From positions 1-64,000 of the IMG/VR virus record IMGVR_UViG_3300021142_000023: a DNA stretch of 64,000 bases, one strand, 5' to 3'. Source of the DNA: a virus. The translations under genes were made by a program, and so were the position numbers. Positions 28,467 through 39,111 of the stretch are shown here, piece by piece. Position 1 is the stretch's first letter; every line of letters begins with the position of its first letter. The notes below the pieces were generated by a model. That model worked only from the letters and a program-made list of their open reading frames with translations. It was not told the origin of the DNA and did not search any database.

Positions 28467-30083
28467 ATGAAGATAGAAAAACCAATACTCAGCTATTTTC
28501 CTGCTCCGCACACGCCTAGAGAGCACCAAATTCAAGGCTTGCAACAGATAGAAGAAGCTATAAACTCTGGTACGAAGTTTATTATAGTACAAGCACCTAC
28601 CGGTTCTGGTAAATCTTTCTTCAGCAAGACCCTTTCTAATACTACTAATAGTGCAGATTCTGAATATGAAAAACTAGTCAATAACTATCAAGCGTTTGAT
28701 AAAGATTTTCCACCAGTTTTTAATAGATTCCCTAATCACGGGTTATTTGCTTTAACCACCACCAAAGCTTTACAGGATCAGTATGGAGAGTTGTTCGAAG
28801 ATAGTACCATATTTAAAGGCAAATCTAACTATCAATGTGAAGTTGATGATAGTTTTGCTGTCGATCAGGCGCCTTGTGTGATTTCGCCTAATCAAAAGAA
28901 AAAATGCTGGAACGATTGTACTTGTCCGTACTATGAAATGCGTAATGAAGCATTAATTGATAGGTTTACTGTTCTTAACTACGCTTCTTTCTTTAATTTA
29001 CCTGATCATGTAAAAAGACGTCAGATTATTGTATGTGACGAGGCGTCAGAAGTAGAAGATGAAATAGTTAAAAACTTTTCAGTAGTAGTAAACTATAAAT
29101 CTTTAACGTATCTTGATGTAAAGGCAGAAAAATTAACTAGCGAGTCACAGCCGAAAGTGCTCGGGTGGTTATTAGATGTACAGAGTGCTATAGAAGATAC
29201 TATTGATAGCTTTAATGAACGTTCTCGTTTTGAAAAAAACAAAATTGAACTATCAAAACAAAGACAACGTAAAGATCTTTGTGATGCTATTAAGCACACA
29301 ATCAATCATTGGGACGATGCACAGTATATTGTCGAAAAAGACGCTGAAAAGGTAGTGGTTACCCCGTTAAAAATCGATCGGTTAACACACTGCTTGTTTG
29401 ATTTTGCAGAAGTAGTTGTATTAATGAGTGCAACTATCGTAGACCGCGATATTTTTGCGAGGAATTTAGGTATCACTGACTACAAATATATAGAAGTACC
29501 CTCGACTTTTGACCCTAAAAAGAGCCCTATCATATTAGGGGATAAACTTCCATTAAATCATGCATTAATGGATAAAAACCTACCAGGGGTATTAGCAGAA
29601 GCTGTAAACATTGCTAACTATCACAAAGATGAAAAGGGTATTATACATACTCACACGTTTAAAATTACACAAGAACTACAAAGAAAGCTAAATGGCAGAA
29701 GATTTTTGTATAGAGAAGAGGGAACCACTAATGAAAACATTATAAAAGAGCATAGTATGCGTACAGACCCTACGGTCATAGTAAGTCCTTCATTGACTAT
29801 GGGGTTAGATCTTAAGGGAGACCTCGGAAAATGGCAAATTATTATAAAGTTACCATACCTTCCGCTAGGAAATAAGCGTATTAAGATGTTATCTGAAAAA
29901 GATAAGGATTGGTATCGTATGAAAATGCTTATTACTTTAATCCAAGCTGCTGGAAGATGTACGAGAACTAAAGACGATGAGAGTTGCACCTATATTTTAG
30001 ACGGATTAGCTAGTAAAATCATAAATGACTGTAGAGACAAATTACCGAAGCACTTTCTAGACAGAATATATAGAAGTGCGTAA
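28467..30083 (+). CDS. DinG/Rad3(XPD)-family helicase with Fe-S cysteines
   Basis: PREHQ, APTGSGKS, Cys cluster, DEA, MSAT, GLD, QAAGR; promoter TTGTAA-N16-TATACT upstream. Confidence 0.9.
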   Translation: MKIEKPILSYFPAPHTPREHQIQGLQQIEEAINSGTKFIIVQAPTGSGKSFFSKTLSNTTNSADSEYEKLVNNYQAFDKDFPPVFNRFPNHGLFALTTTKALQDQYGELFEDSTIFKGKSNYQCEVDDSFAVDQAPCVISPNQKKKCWNDCTCPYYEMRNEALIDRFTVLNYASFFNLPDHVKRRQIIVCDEASEVEDEIVKNFSVVVNYKSLTYLDVKAEKLTSESQPKVLGWLLDVQSAIEDTIDSFNERSRFEKNKIELSKQRQRKDLCDAIKHTINHWDDAQYIVEKDAEKVVVTPLKIDRLTHCLFDFAEVVVLMSATIVDRDIFARNLGITDYKYIEVPSTFDPKKSPIILGDKLPLNHALMDKNLPGVLAEAVNIANYHKDEKGIIHTHTFKITQELQRKLNGRRFLYREEGTTNENIIKEHSMRTDPTVIVSPSLTMGLDLKGDLGKWQIIIKLPYLPLGNKRIKMLSEKDKDWYRMKMLITLIQAAGRCTRTKDDESCTYILDGLASKIINDCRDKLPKHFLDRIYRSA

Positions 30084-30092
30084 GTATATTTT

Positions 30093-31316
30093 GTGCAACA
30101 ATATAATTATCATTGGGAGATCAAGGATTTATTAACGCAATTCTTGCAGGCTTTCGATGGCGCTGTAGTAAAACGTTTTGATAATCAAAGAAACCCTGGG
30201 GCTTCGGTAGCAGTTCGTTATGTTTACTCTGCAAAACAGAGAGTATTACACGATTTAGTAGACAAAGCGCAGACATTAACACTTCCTGTTGTAGCTTTTA
30301 GTATAGCTTCAATATCTCGTGATGTTAATAGAGTATTTAATAAACTTGGTGGTTCTTATTATAACTCAAGTTCTACTGATGTATCCAGTATTCATACATT
30401 ACAACCAGTACCGGTTAACATTGCTGTTAACATTAATATTGTAACTCGGTTTCAAACCGATATGGATCAAATTCTTAGTAATTTTGTTCCTTGGAGCGAC
30501 CCTTATTTTATAATTTCAACTACTAATGACTCTTTACCGAATCAAGAAATAAGAACAGAAGTATTGTGGGATGGGGCTTTAAAGATGGGCTACCCAATGG
30601 ACTTAACTGATTTACAACGTACAAGAGTCACTTGTGACACTGTTTTTACTATTAAAGGATGGTTGTTTAAGTCCACTCAAAGCCCTGTTGGTAGAATATT
30701 TAAGATTGATAGCAACTTTTACGCAGTTTCTGCTATACCTCAAGATGAATCTGCATATGGTTCAATATATAACATATTAAATGAACTAAACGGTACACCT
30801 TATAATGAGACTGTTACAGTTTCTGCACGCCCTGTAACAAGATACACAGATAGGTGGATTACACCTACAAGTCTTTCCGGTACTTGTACTCTACTAGGAG
30901 ATTCTTATAACCATACAAACGGTGTTTATTTAAGTGCTTCTGTACCTGGTATGTTTGGGTATAACAATAATGTTACTCTTTCCGCATTTTCCGGTATACC
31001 TTCCCTGTCTGCATATTATCCTGATATCCAGAACGTGGTACCTGTACTAAATTACTGGATTGTTAACAATAATAAAATGGTTGTTAACTATCAAGCCCCT
31101 GCAGATGCTGCAGACGGGGGATATTTTGATATTATTGTAACTAACCCAGCCGGATATTCTATTTTATCTAAAGATTCGTATCAACCTGGAATGCCGGTAC
31201 AACAACCCTACGCTTTAAGCGGTATTAAAGTTATAACTGTTAACCCGGTAGATATTAACTGGATGAACGCAACATTTACATGGGATGGTAACACATATAC
31301 TTGGCTAACAGTGTAA
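30093..31316 (+). CDS. gp15: Tail sheath stabiliser/terminator (gp15-like) with C-terminal Ig-like extension
   Basis: LPVVAFSIASISRD..R, PVPVNI, DMDQILSNF.P, FTIKGWLF; extra beta-rich C-terminus. Confidence 0.8.
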   Translation: MQQYNYHWEIKDLLTQFLQAFDGAVVKRFDNQRNPGASVAVRYVYSAKQRVLHDLVDKAQTLTLPVVAFSIASISRDVNRVFNKLGGSYYNSSSTDVSSIHTLQPVPVNIAVNINIVTRFQTDMDQILSNFVPWSDPYFIISTTNDSLPNQEIRTEVLWDGALKMGYPMDLTDLQRTRVTCDTVFTIKGWLFKSTQSPVGRIFKIDSNFYAVSAIPQDESAYGSIYNILNELNGTPYNETVTVSARPVTRYTDRWITPTSLSGTCTLLGDSYNHTNGVYLSASVPGMFGYNNNVTLSAFSGIPSLSAYYPDIQNVVPVLNYWIVNNNKMVVNYQAPADAADGGYFDIIVTNPAGYSILSKDSYQPGMPVQQPYALSGIKVITVNPVDINWMNATFTWDGNTYTWLTV

Positions 31317-31353
31317 ACATCTATGTGTTTATACTAAATAATAAAGACCTATC

Positions 31354-33993
31354 ATGGCCCAGATTACCACCATACAGCCTCTAGATTTTCTTAAGAACAG
31401 TCGTTCTATAATAAATCAAAATTTTGTTAACTTAAATAATGGGCTTTCTGCTTTAAGTTTATCTTTATCGGCTTTAAGCGCTAACGGTACAGGCACGTCT
31501 TATCCTACTCGTAACTTAGAGGTAAACAACTACGGAATGACCCAGTATGGCTTAAATGACAAAATTACCCTAGGAGCGGCTAATGTAGTAATACAAACCT
31601 TAAGTCCGTTATTAAACGGAGATATTGTTGTTAACGCTAATAATGGTATTATTAAACATGTTAGTGAAGGACCTGGTACTCAATTGGTAGATAACTGCCA
31701 CGACACAGAATATGGTGGCAGTTGGTTAGAGTTTTATAGAACCAACACTTTAAGTGGTTTAAATATTTTAAACGGTACTGCTTATAATATAAGAAACTTA
31801 CCGTATTTAGAGTCAGTCGGTCCATTATCTTCAACAACAGTACCAATGGACGCACTTGTTTTCGGTGGTACAGATAATGATACAAGCTTATATTTTTCTT
31901 CTAGTTTTGGCAACCCGTACACTGTTCCAGGCATATATGTACCATCAGTAAATAATGCTGCGCTAGGTCGCAAGCTTGAACTAAATGGGCCCGGAGTGGT
32001 TGCACAAGAACTTACTATCGGTGGCCAGTTAAGATTTAATCCTGACAACTTTGACGGTTTTTATACAAGTACTAATAGTAACCTTCACATAAAGACGGAC
32101 TTAAATCATGCGTTATTAAGTGCTGATAGCGCTAGTGGTATTAATATAGTAGCAGATGTTATTAACATTAGCACCGCTCACACATTAAAAAATGGTAATA
32201 TTGTTATCTCTGCCAATAATGGTATTATACAGCATTATAGTTGGGGGCCTGGTACACAACTAATAGACGATTTACACGATACCCAATATGGTGGTACATG
32301 GTTAGAGTTTTATAGAGTAAACAGTACAGGCAGTGTTAATATATTAAACGGTACTGCTTATAATATAAGAAACTTACCGTATTTAAACACCACTGGGCCA
32401 CTATCTTCGATCACATCTCCAATAGATGCGTTGGTTTTCGGGGGTACAGATAATAATACAAGTTTGTATTTTTCTTCTAGTTTTGGAGATCCATACACTG
32501 TTCCGGGTATATACATACCATCAGTAAATAATGCTTCCCAAGGACGTAAGCTTGAACTGAACGGGCCCGGCGTGGTAATGCAAGAACTTACAGTTGGGGG
32601 CCAGTTAAGATTTAACCCTGACAACTTTGACGGTTTTTATACAAGTACTAATAGTAACTTTTATATTAAAACAGATTCAATTAATACAACTTTAAGTGCA
32701 GATAGCGCTAGTGGTATTAATGTTTATGGAGATGTTATTAATATTACTACAACCAACCCGCTTAAAAACGGTAATATTACATTAAACCCGAACAATGGTT
32801 TTGTTATTGTTGACACAGAAGGACCCGGTCTACAAATTAAAGATAACTGTCATAACACCTTGTATGGTGGTACTTGGGTAGAATTTTATAGAACAAATGC
32901 TAACAATCCTGTTTTTAACGGAACCGCATATACAATAAGAGATTTACCTAATTTCCCTGTTCAAAATAATGCTAATGATACTTTAGCATTGGCAGGCATG
33001 ACACATGATACTAGTATATTAATAGCCGGTTATTTAGATTATAATAGATACAACCCTGGTATTTATATTCCTTCTTATAATAATAGCTCGTTAAGTAGTG
33101 CTAGAGTTGAAATTACAGGACATGGTGGTTTAATAGCAAACTCTCTTTTAGTAGGTGGTCAAACGCTATATGGGGATATATACACAACCCCAAACTCTTC
33201 TATCAACTTTTTTATTGGCTGTCAGCATTCAACAAGTAGTTCAATATTAAGCGCTGAACAAAATGCAGTACTTTACGCTAACGATATTACAATAAGTACA
33301 GTTAACCCGCTATTAAATGGTAATATTACATTAGCTTCAAACAACGGTTATGTTATCGTTGATAGTGGTGGTCCAGGTTTACAGATTAAAGACAACCTTC
33401 GTGGAAATACTAACGGTGGAAGTTGGATAGAATTTTATAGAACTAATGCAGCTTCCGGAATATTTGAAGGCACCGCGTACGCAATAAAAGACATTTCAAG
33501 CTTTACAACGTTGGGTATTGACACGTTAGGTATAATGGGTACTAATAGTGATGCTAATATATACCTAGCCGCTAATACAGATTATCATGACGATACACCT
33601 GCTATTTTAATAACCTCTACTAATAATGCTGCATCGAGTGGTACTGGTGTTTCAGTTTTAGGTACTAACGGTTTGTTTGCCCGGGCTTTAACAGTTGGCA
33701 ATACCCCTTATATTGGTACTACAGCTCCTTCAGCTAATACTAACTTTGAAATTTCGTATAACGATTTTACACATACAGTTTACTTAAGTGCTCTAGAAGC
33801 TACTACTACTCTACAAATCGGTTCAGTAAGTACAATTAATTTTGCTGACAACTCTACACAAACAACAGCGTATACAGGGGCATATACACCCGCTGTACCT
33901 TCAAACTGGAATGGAGCTGCCCCTACAACAATACAAGGCGCGTTAGATAGAATAGCTGCTGCTATTAAAGCCTTGAACGGAGTAGGACCATAA
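31354..33993 (+). CDS. Tail fibre-like structural protein with four internal repeats
   Basis: SRSIINQNF.NL N-terminus; GPG.Q..D..GG.W.EFYR repeated four times; FADNSTQTTAY. Confidence 0.75.
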   Translation: MAQITTIQPLDFLKNSRSIINQNFVNLNNGLSALSLSLSALSANGTGTSYPTRNLEVNNYGMTQYGLNDKITLGAANVVIQTLSPLLNGDIVVNANNGIIKHVSEGPGTQLVDNCHDTEYGGSWLEFYRTNTLSGLNILNGTAYNIRNLPYLESVGPLSSTTVPMDALVFGGTDNDTSLYFSSSFGNPYTVPGIYVPSVNNAALGRKLELNGPGVVAQELTIGGQLRFNPDNFDGFYTSTNSNLHIKTDLNHALLSADSASGINIVADVINISTAHTLKNGNIVISANNGIIQHYSWGPGTQLIDDLHDTQYGGTWLEFYRVNSTGSVNILNGTAYNIRNLPYLNTTGPLSSITSPIDALVFGGTDNNTSLYFSSSFGDPYTVPGIYIPSVNNASQGRKLELNGPGVVMQELTVGGQLRFNPDNFDGFYTSTNSNFYIKTDSINTTLSADSASGINVYGDVINITTTNPLKNGNITLNPNNGFVIVDTEGPGLQIKDNCHNTLYGGTWVEFYRTNANNPVFNGTAYTIRDLPNFPVQNNANDTLALAGMTHDTSILIAGYLDYNRYNPGIYIPSYNNSSLSSARVEITGHGGLIANSLLVGGQTLYGDIYTTPNSSINFFIGCQHSTSSSILSAEQNAVLYANDITISTVNPLLNGNITLASNNGYVIVDSGGPGLQIKDNLRGNTNGGSWIEFYRTNAASGIFEGTAYAIKDISSFTTLGIDTLGIMGTNSDANIYLAANTDYHDDTPAILITSTNNAASSGTGVSVLGTNGLFARALTVGNTPYIGTTAPSANTNFEISYNDFTHTVYLSALEATTTLQIGSVSTINFADNSTQTTAYTGAYTPAVPSNWNGAAPTTIQGALDRIAAAIKALNGVGP
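31580..32731 (+). repeat. Near-identical 576 nt tandem duplication (repeats 1 and 2 of the fibre); boundaries approximate
   Basis: AACGGTACTGCTTATAATATAAGAAACTTACCGTATTTA at 31771 and 32347; the antisense shadow ORFs are also offset by 576. Confidence 0.9.
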
Positions 33994-33996
33994 TTT

Positions 33997-36750
33997 ATGT
34001 ATTGGAATAGAAACTTATTTCCTGGTTTATCGGGTGGTGGTAGTGGTGGTCCTACAGACCAACTTATAAACGGTTCAAATACAGTTACATTATCTACAGA
34101 TGGTAATCTGTACTTTAATAACGGTACTGCGATAGCTTTTAGCGATAAATCAGCAATAAGTTCAGGAGAAATTATTGCACCACCAGGTGGTTCAGCAGGT
34201 ATATATAGTAATAGCTTTAATCAAATAGTTTTTGCTCAAGACGACGGTGCCTGGATACAAACTAGTGTAGATAACGGTGGATCCCTGTTTAATAATTGGA
34301 ATTTTGATTTAAGTGGCCGGTTAATATTACCTTCAGCTGCAATAGACCCGCAATCTCAAGCTGGTACTAGTATAGGGTTAAGCGGTACAATAGTATTTCC
34401 AGACGGTTCAATACAAACTACAGCTTACATTAGTGGTAGTAGTGGCGGTGGTACAGGCAACATATCATTTAGTGCTTCTACTTTAACAGGACCAGGTTAC
34501 AGTGTTGACGGTGGTCGTATCAACATACAGCCTACTGTTGATTCACCTAATACATTAGCTCTTTACCCTACGGTAGATAACGACATACATATATTTGAAA
34601 ATAGTGCTCTACAAGGTGGTGTTACATTAGGTAACTATGGTAAGAGCTATGTTAGTGTGTGGGGTAACGGTGGAACAAACCCAACAGTAGATAATATTGC
34701 TATAGGTACAGTTAACGCTGGTGTTATTACATTAGCTACAAACACACCAGGGGCAGGTTCAAGTGGTGGTAGTAGCAAGACTTGGACATATGGTACTGAT
34801 GGTGTATTAACAACTCCAGATAATAGCTCTATTAAATCTAATAGTGGCAGTTTAGGGTTACTTAACAGCGATGGCAATAGTTATATCGACATTCAGGCAG
34901 GTGGAATCTACTTATACACTGACTATGAGAACAATGAGTACGAATGGCACTTTGGCACAGATGGTAGTTTAACATTACCTGGTATTATAACATTACCAAG
35001 TGGTCAAGGACAAATCGGAGTTAATAGTAATGCTGGCTTAGATATTATTAATAACACCTCTTCCTACGGCTATGTAACATTAAACTACAACAATCAGTCT
35101 TATGTTACAGCTAATTCAACCGGGGTACAAATTACTACTGTCAATAGTCCAGCAATTACTTGGACATATAGTAGTACTAACGGTGGTACGTTTACCCTAC
35201 CTACAGGTGGAACTATTACAGAAGGTACAAGCCCTGCAGGTATAGGCAATGCTATAACACTTACCCCAGCTGGTGGTAGTGATCCTAACCAACAGTTATT
35301 ACTATACCCAACAGTAGCAGAAGGTAATCATTTACATTTAACTACTGGAGCATTAAGTGCAACAAGTCTATTTTTAGGTAATGATTCTCAATACGCAAGA
35401 ACTCGCGCCGATGGTGCTATGGTTATTGGTACAGGAGATTCATATCCTGATGTGGCTGGGTACGGCTCGCGGTGGACATTTGATACAAGCGGTGCATTAA
35501 CCTTACCTAACAGTACTTTAAGTGGTACGTTAGTATTTCCTGATGGTTCAATACAGACAACAGCTTACACAGGTGGCGGTGGTGGTTCAGGCGCTTCTGG
35601 TTACAGCGGTATTTCAGGCTATTCTGGCGCAGCAGGTGCACAAGGTGCGCAAGGAGCTATCGGTAATAACGGACCAATGGGTGCTTCTGGCTATTCAGGG
35701 GCAAATGGAGCCCAGGGTACTCAAGGCGCACAAGGTACCACTGGTGCTCAAGGTGCTGCTGGTACTTCTGGTTATAGCGGTCCTACAGGTCCTGCAGGTA
35801 ATCCTGCTCCAGTACCTTATTTAAGAGGTAGTAGAAACACCAGACAGGCAATAGCATTAAGCGGTGCTGTAGTGTTTAATACTGCTGACGCCGATCTTGG
35901 TCAAGGTTATATCTCGCTCAACACTTCTACCGGTGTTATTACATTATCTGCTGGTTACACATATTCATTAAGAGCTGAGGTACCTGCTGTTTCTGCTAGT
36001 GCTGGTGGTGGTCAAGTTGCTTTTGGTTGGGTTAATAATACAACAGGAGCACAAATAGGCAGTGTAAGTCCGATATATGGTTCTACAAGTAATGCTGCGT
36101 ATTTAGCACTTGGTGGTGTTGCTGCAGCTATTATTACTCCAGGTACAACCACTAATGTATCTTTACAGCTATTAAACAATAGTGCTGGTAACGTGGGTAT
36201 TAATGGTAATACAGATTTCCCTGTAAATACTAACCCTTGGTTCGAAATACAGGTAGCTGGTCAAGGTGGTATATCTGGTTTTTCTGGTTTTAGTGGCCCA
36301 GGCGCCAACCAAACGCTTAATACAACTAGTAATGTAACACATCAAAGTTTGTCTGCCTATTCTGTGTCCTCTGTTAACTTAATTACAACCGGTGATATTA
36401 GTGTTGGTGGTAATTTAACAGCAATTGGTGGTATTCGCAAAAGTGCTAGAGTGCTTACTACAACCGCTACATTGACAGTGGCAGATGCTAGCGGATTTAT
36501 TGAATTTGCTGGTTCAGGGGCATATACTGTCACACTACCAGACCCAACACAGGCTGCTAACTCAGGTATAGGTTATAGATTCTGGCAAAATACCGCACAG
36601 AATATTACATTAAGCACACCGGCAGGCAACTTCTATGGACCAAATGGTAATAGCACAAACACAAAAGTTTTGGCACAGGCCACCACACAATATTGGGATG
36701 TATGGAGTGATGGTTACAACTGGGCAGTATTTGGAATTAAAACGGTATGA
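33997..36750 (+). CDS. Tail fibre protein with collagen-like segment
   Basis: W.FG.DG.L.LP repeats, VFPDGSIQTTAY twice, Gly-X-Y and SGYSG repeats at about 35590-35810, distal beta domains. Confidence 0.8.
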   Translation: MYWNRNLFPGLSGGGSGGPTDQLINGSNTVTLSTDGNLYFNNGTAIAFSDKSAISSGEIIAPPGGSAGIYSNSFNQIVFAQDDGAWIQTSVDNGGSLFNNWNFDLSGRLILPSAAIDPQSQAGTSIGLSGTIVFPDGSIQTTAYISGSSGGGTGNISFSASTLTGPGYSVDGGRINIQPTVDSPNTLALYPTVDNDIHIFENSALQGGVTLGNYGKSYVSVWGNGGTNPTVDNIAIGTVNAGVITLATNTPGAGSSGGSSKTWTYGTDGVLTTPDNSSIKSNSGSLGLLNSDGNSYIDIQAGGIYLYTDYENNEYEWHFGTDGSLTLPGIITLPSGQGQIGVNSNAGLDIINNTSSYGYVTLNYNNQSYVTANSTGVQITTVNSPAITWTYSSTNGGTFTLPTGGTITEGTSPAGIGNAITLTPAGGSDPNQQLLLYPTVAEGNHLHLTTGALSATSLFLGNDSQYARTRADGAMVIGTGDSYPDVAGYGSRWTFDTSGALTLPNSTLSGTLVFPDGSIQTTAYTGGGGGSGASGYSGISGYSGAAGAQGAQGAIGNNGPMGASGYSGANGAQGTQGAQGTTGAQGAAGTSGYSGPTGPAGNPAPVPYLRGSRNTRQAIALSGAVVFNTADADLGQGYISLNTSTGVITLSAGYTYSLRAEVPAVSASAGGGQVAFGWVNNTTGAQIGSVSPIYGSTSNAAYLALGGVAAAIITPGTTTNVSLQLLNNSAGNVGINGNTDFPVNTNPWFEIQVAGQGGISGFSGFSGPGANQTLNTTSNVTHQSLSAYSVSSVNLITTGDISVGGNLTAIGGIRKSARVLTTTATLTVADASGFIEFAGSGAYTVTLPDPTQAANSGIGYRFWQNTAQNITLSTPAGNFYGPNGNSTNTKVLAQATTQYWDVWSDGYNWAVFGIKTV

Positions 36751-36905
36751 CAATCGTTATAATAAACAATAACACAGCATTTATATTCTATTGTTAATTA
36801 TATCCGGGTCAAATAAAAAATAATAAAAAAAAATATTAGTATTTTATATAATAGTATACAAAACATACTTAAATACTATAAATAATTTGTAACTACTAAA
36901 ATTTT

Positions 36906-37215
36906 ATGGCATTCTACAACGTATATAACCCAATTGGTGTTTCAGGTCTGGTGGCGTGCTGCTTCTCCTGCCAATGCTTGGGGTCAGAATAACCTACAAA
37001 TTAGAAAGAGCGGTTCCACACAAACCATAACACAAACAAACCCACTATCGGGTAACGGTTACAGTCAGATTACATCAAAAGTTATATACTTAAACGGCTC
37101 CGGAGATTATTTAGATTTTACCGCTTATAGTAATCAATCTGGTGGACAAGGTATACAGTATGGTAGCGGTGTGGGTCTAGGCACATACTTTAGTGTGTTC
37201 TTAATAAGTAGATAA
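36906..37215 (+). pseudogene. Internally deleted fibre-like gene: N-terminus MAFYNVYNPIGVSG joined out of frame to a C1q-like C-terminus
   Basis: TATAAATA at 36877 and ATG at 36906; that frame stops after 28 codons while the +1 frame encodes FQVWW..VIYLNGSGDYLDF..TYFSVFLI. Confidence 0.6.
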
Positions 37216-37275
37216 TATTACTGGCATTTTAGTAAATCCAGTATATAATAACAACCTACAGTGTAAATATTAACA

Positions 37276-39111
37276 ATGGCTCAACCACAGCAAAACTTTT
37301 TTCAGAAATCTTTTAACAATTTTGTTAATAAACTGCCATACACTGGTAACTCTACGGTTATAGATAATATTGCTGAGTTAAATCCGAAGTTTGAGACATT
37401 TTATAAAATAGGTAGTTCTCAACAAGAAAGAAACCTAAGACAAGCTGTTTCAGTTGTACAAGATCCTAATAATCCTCAAAGTAACCTAAACGGGGTTATC
37501 ATTGACAAAGGTTATCATGATTATCTTTATGCTTTAATCGATACAGATAAAGCAAAGAGAGTGGCTGATTACCGTGTTATGGCTTCTTATGCAGAAATCA
37601 GCCATGCATTAGATGAAATTTGCGATGAAGCTCTAGTTAAAGACGATAAAGGTAAATACGCCCAGTTACATTTAAGCGAAAAACTAGAAGAGAATCAAAA
37701 GAAAGAAATTCAAAAGAGCTTTGATTACGTAATGGACCTGTTCAACCTTAATAACAGAGGTTGGGAATACTTTAGAACACTTTTAATCGATGCTGAAGTA
37801 TTCTTTGAAAACGTAATCAACGAAGAGAATAAAGAAGCTGGTATTATTAGTTTAGTACAAATACCTACAGAGCATATTAATCCTATTTTTGATAATGTTC
37901 AGAATATGATCATTAAAGGTTACTTGCTTCGTAAGCCAGTACCTAAAGATGATAAGACGGGCGGTTTTAATGTTAATAACAGAGGTCCTTCTGGTGGTCC
38001 AAAGAAAGACGGTATGGAACTTATACCTCTTGAACGCCACCAAGTAACTTATTTCCATTCTCACACTTGGAACGAAAACAAAACGATTCGTTTACCGTAT
38101 TTAGAAGTAGCCCGCCGTGCATATAAACAACTGAGCTTGATTGAAGATAGTATTGTTGTTTATCGTTTAGTTCGTGCACCAGAGCGTTTAGCATTCTATG
38201 TTGATGTTGGTAATATGCCTGCAGCAAAAGCAGAAGCTTATTTAAAACGTCTGATGCAGAACTACTGGTCAAAACGTACATATGATAGTAGCCAAGGTGG
38301 TAATGTAAACGTGTATGACCCTCAATCAATGTTAGATAGTTATTGGTTTGCTCGTCGTAACGGTCAAGATGGTACTGATGTTAAAGTGCTTAACGGTGGT
38401 CAGAACTTAGGTAAACTAGAAGACTTAAATTACTTTGTTAATAAGCTGTATAAAGCATTACGAGTACCTTCAAGTAGGTTAAACCCAGATACAAAATTTG
38501 CTGATGGCGGTGAAATTTTACGTGAAGAGTTAAAGTTTGCTAAGCTTATTATTAGATTACAAACACACTTTGCATCTACTATTAAAGATACATTCGTAAC
38601 TCACCTTAAGCTTAAAGGCTTATGGGGCGAATATAAGCTAAGAGAAAACGACATAGCAGTCACGCTTAATCCACCTTCACACTTTGCCGCAGTAAGAGAT
38701 CAACAGTTACTACAGATTAGATGGGATAACTTAAAGAGCGCTACACAAACAGAAAACTTAGTAGCTAAGTCTTATGCTCTTAAGAAGTATCTAGGTTGGA
38801 ACGATGATGAACTTATCGCTAATAGGGAATGGCAGCGTAAAGATGCTGCTTTACAATTTGAACTAGAAAAGATAGCTACACTCGGTAAGAACTGGGAAGA
38901 AGCAATGACCGGTGGTGCACCTGGGCAACCAGGTGTAGGTGGTGGTGGCGCTGCTCCAGGAGCTAATAGCGCTCCAGCATTCGGCCCTGGACCAGGCGGT
39001 CCTGAAGCTGGTGCTGAACCAGGTGCAGAAGGTGAACCAGGTGCTCCAGGTGCTGCTCCAGCTCCACGTGGTGCTCCAGCAGCTGCTCCAGGTAGCGCTT
39101 TACCAACTTAA
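37276..39111 (+). CDS. gp20: Portal vertex protein
   Basis: YRVMA.Y.EI..ALDEI, QLSLIEDSIVVYRLVRAPERLAFYVDVGNMP..KAE.Y, LYKALRVP. Confidence 0.97.
   Translation: MAQPQQNFFQKSFNNFVNKLPYTGNSTVIDNIAELNPKFETFYKIGSSQQERNLRQAVSVVQDPNNPQSNLNGVIIDKGYHDYLYALIDTDKAKRVADYRVMASYAEISHALDEICDEALVKDDKGKYAQLHLSEKLEENQKKEIQKSFDYVMDLFNLNNRGWEYFRTLLIDAEVFFENVINEENKEAGIISLVQIPTEHINPIFDNVQNMIIKGYLLRKPVPKDDKTGGFNVNNRGPSGGPKKDGMELIPLERHQVTYFHSHTWNENKTIRLPYLEVARRAYKQLSLIEDSIVVYRLVRAPERLAFYVDVGNMPAAKAEAYLKRLMQNYWSKRTYDSSQGGNVNVYDPQSMLDSYWFARRNGQDGTDVKVLNGGQNLGKLEDLNYFVNKLYKALRVPSSRLNPDTKFADGGEILREELKFAKLIIRLQTHFASTIKDTFVTHLKLKGLWGEYKLRENDIAVTLNPPSHFAAVRDQQLLQIRWDNLKSATQTENLVAKSYALKKYLGWNDDELIANREWQRKDAALQFELEKIATLGKNWEEAMTGGAPGQPGVGGGGAAPGANSAPAFGPGPGGPEAGAEPGAEGEPGAPGAAPAPRGAPAAAPGSALPT

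Noticed and set aside
31782-32624. Two near-identical 88 aa antisense ORFs
   Set aside because: By-product of the 576 nt duplication in the sense fibre gene
31580-37215. Possible diversity-generating retroelement or invertible fibre cassette
   Set aside because: No reverse transcriptase or invertase in the window; the repeats are in-frame tandem domains and differences are not visibly adenine-specific
38905-39111. GC-rich Gly/Pro/Ala repeat at the portal C-terminus
   Set aside because: Low-complexity tails are common on T4-like portals; not a mobile element
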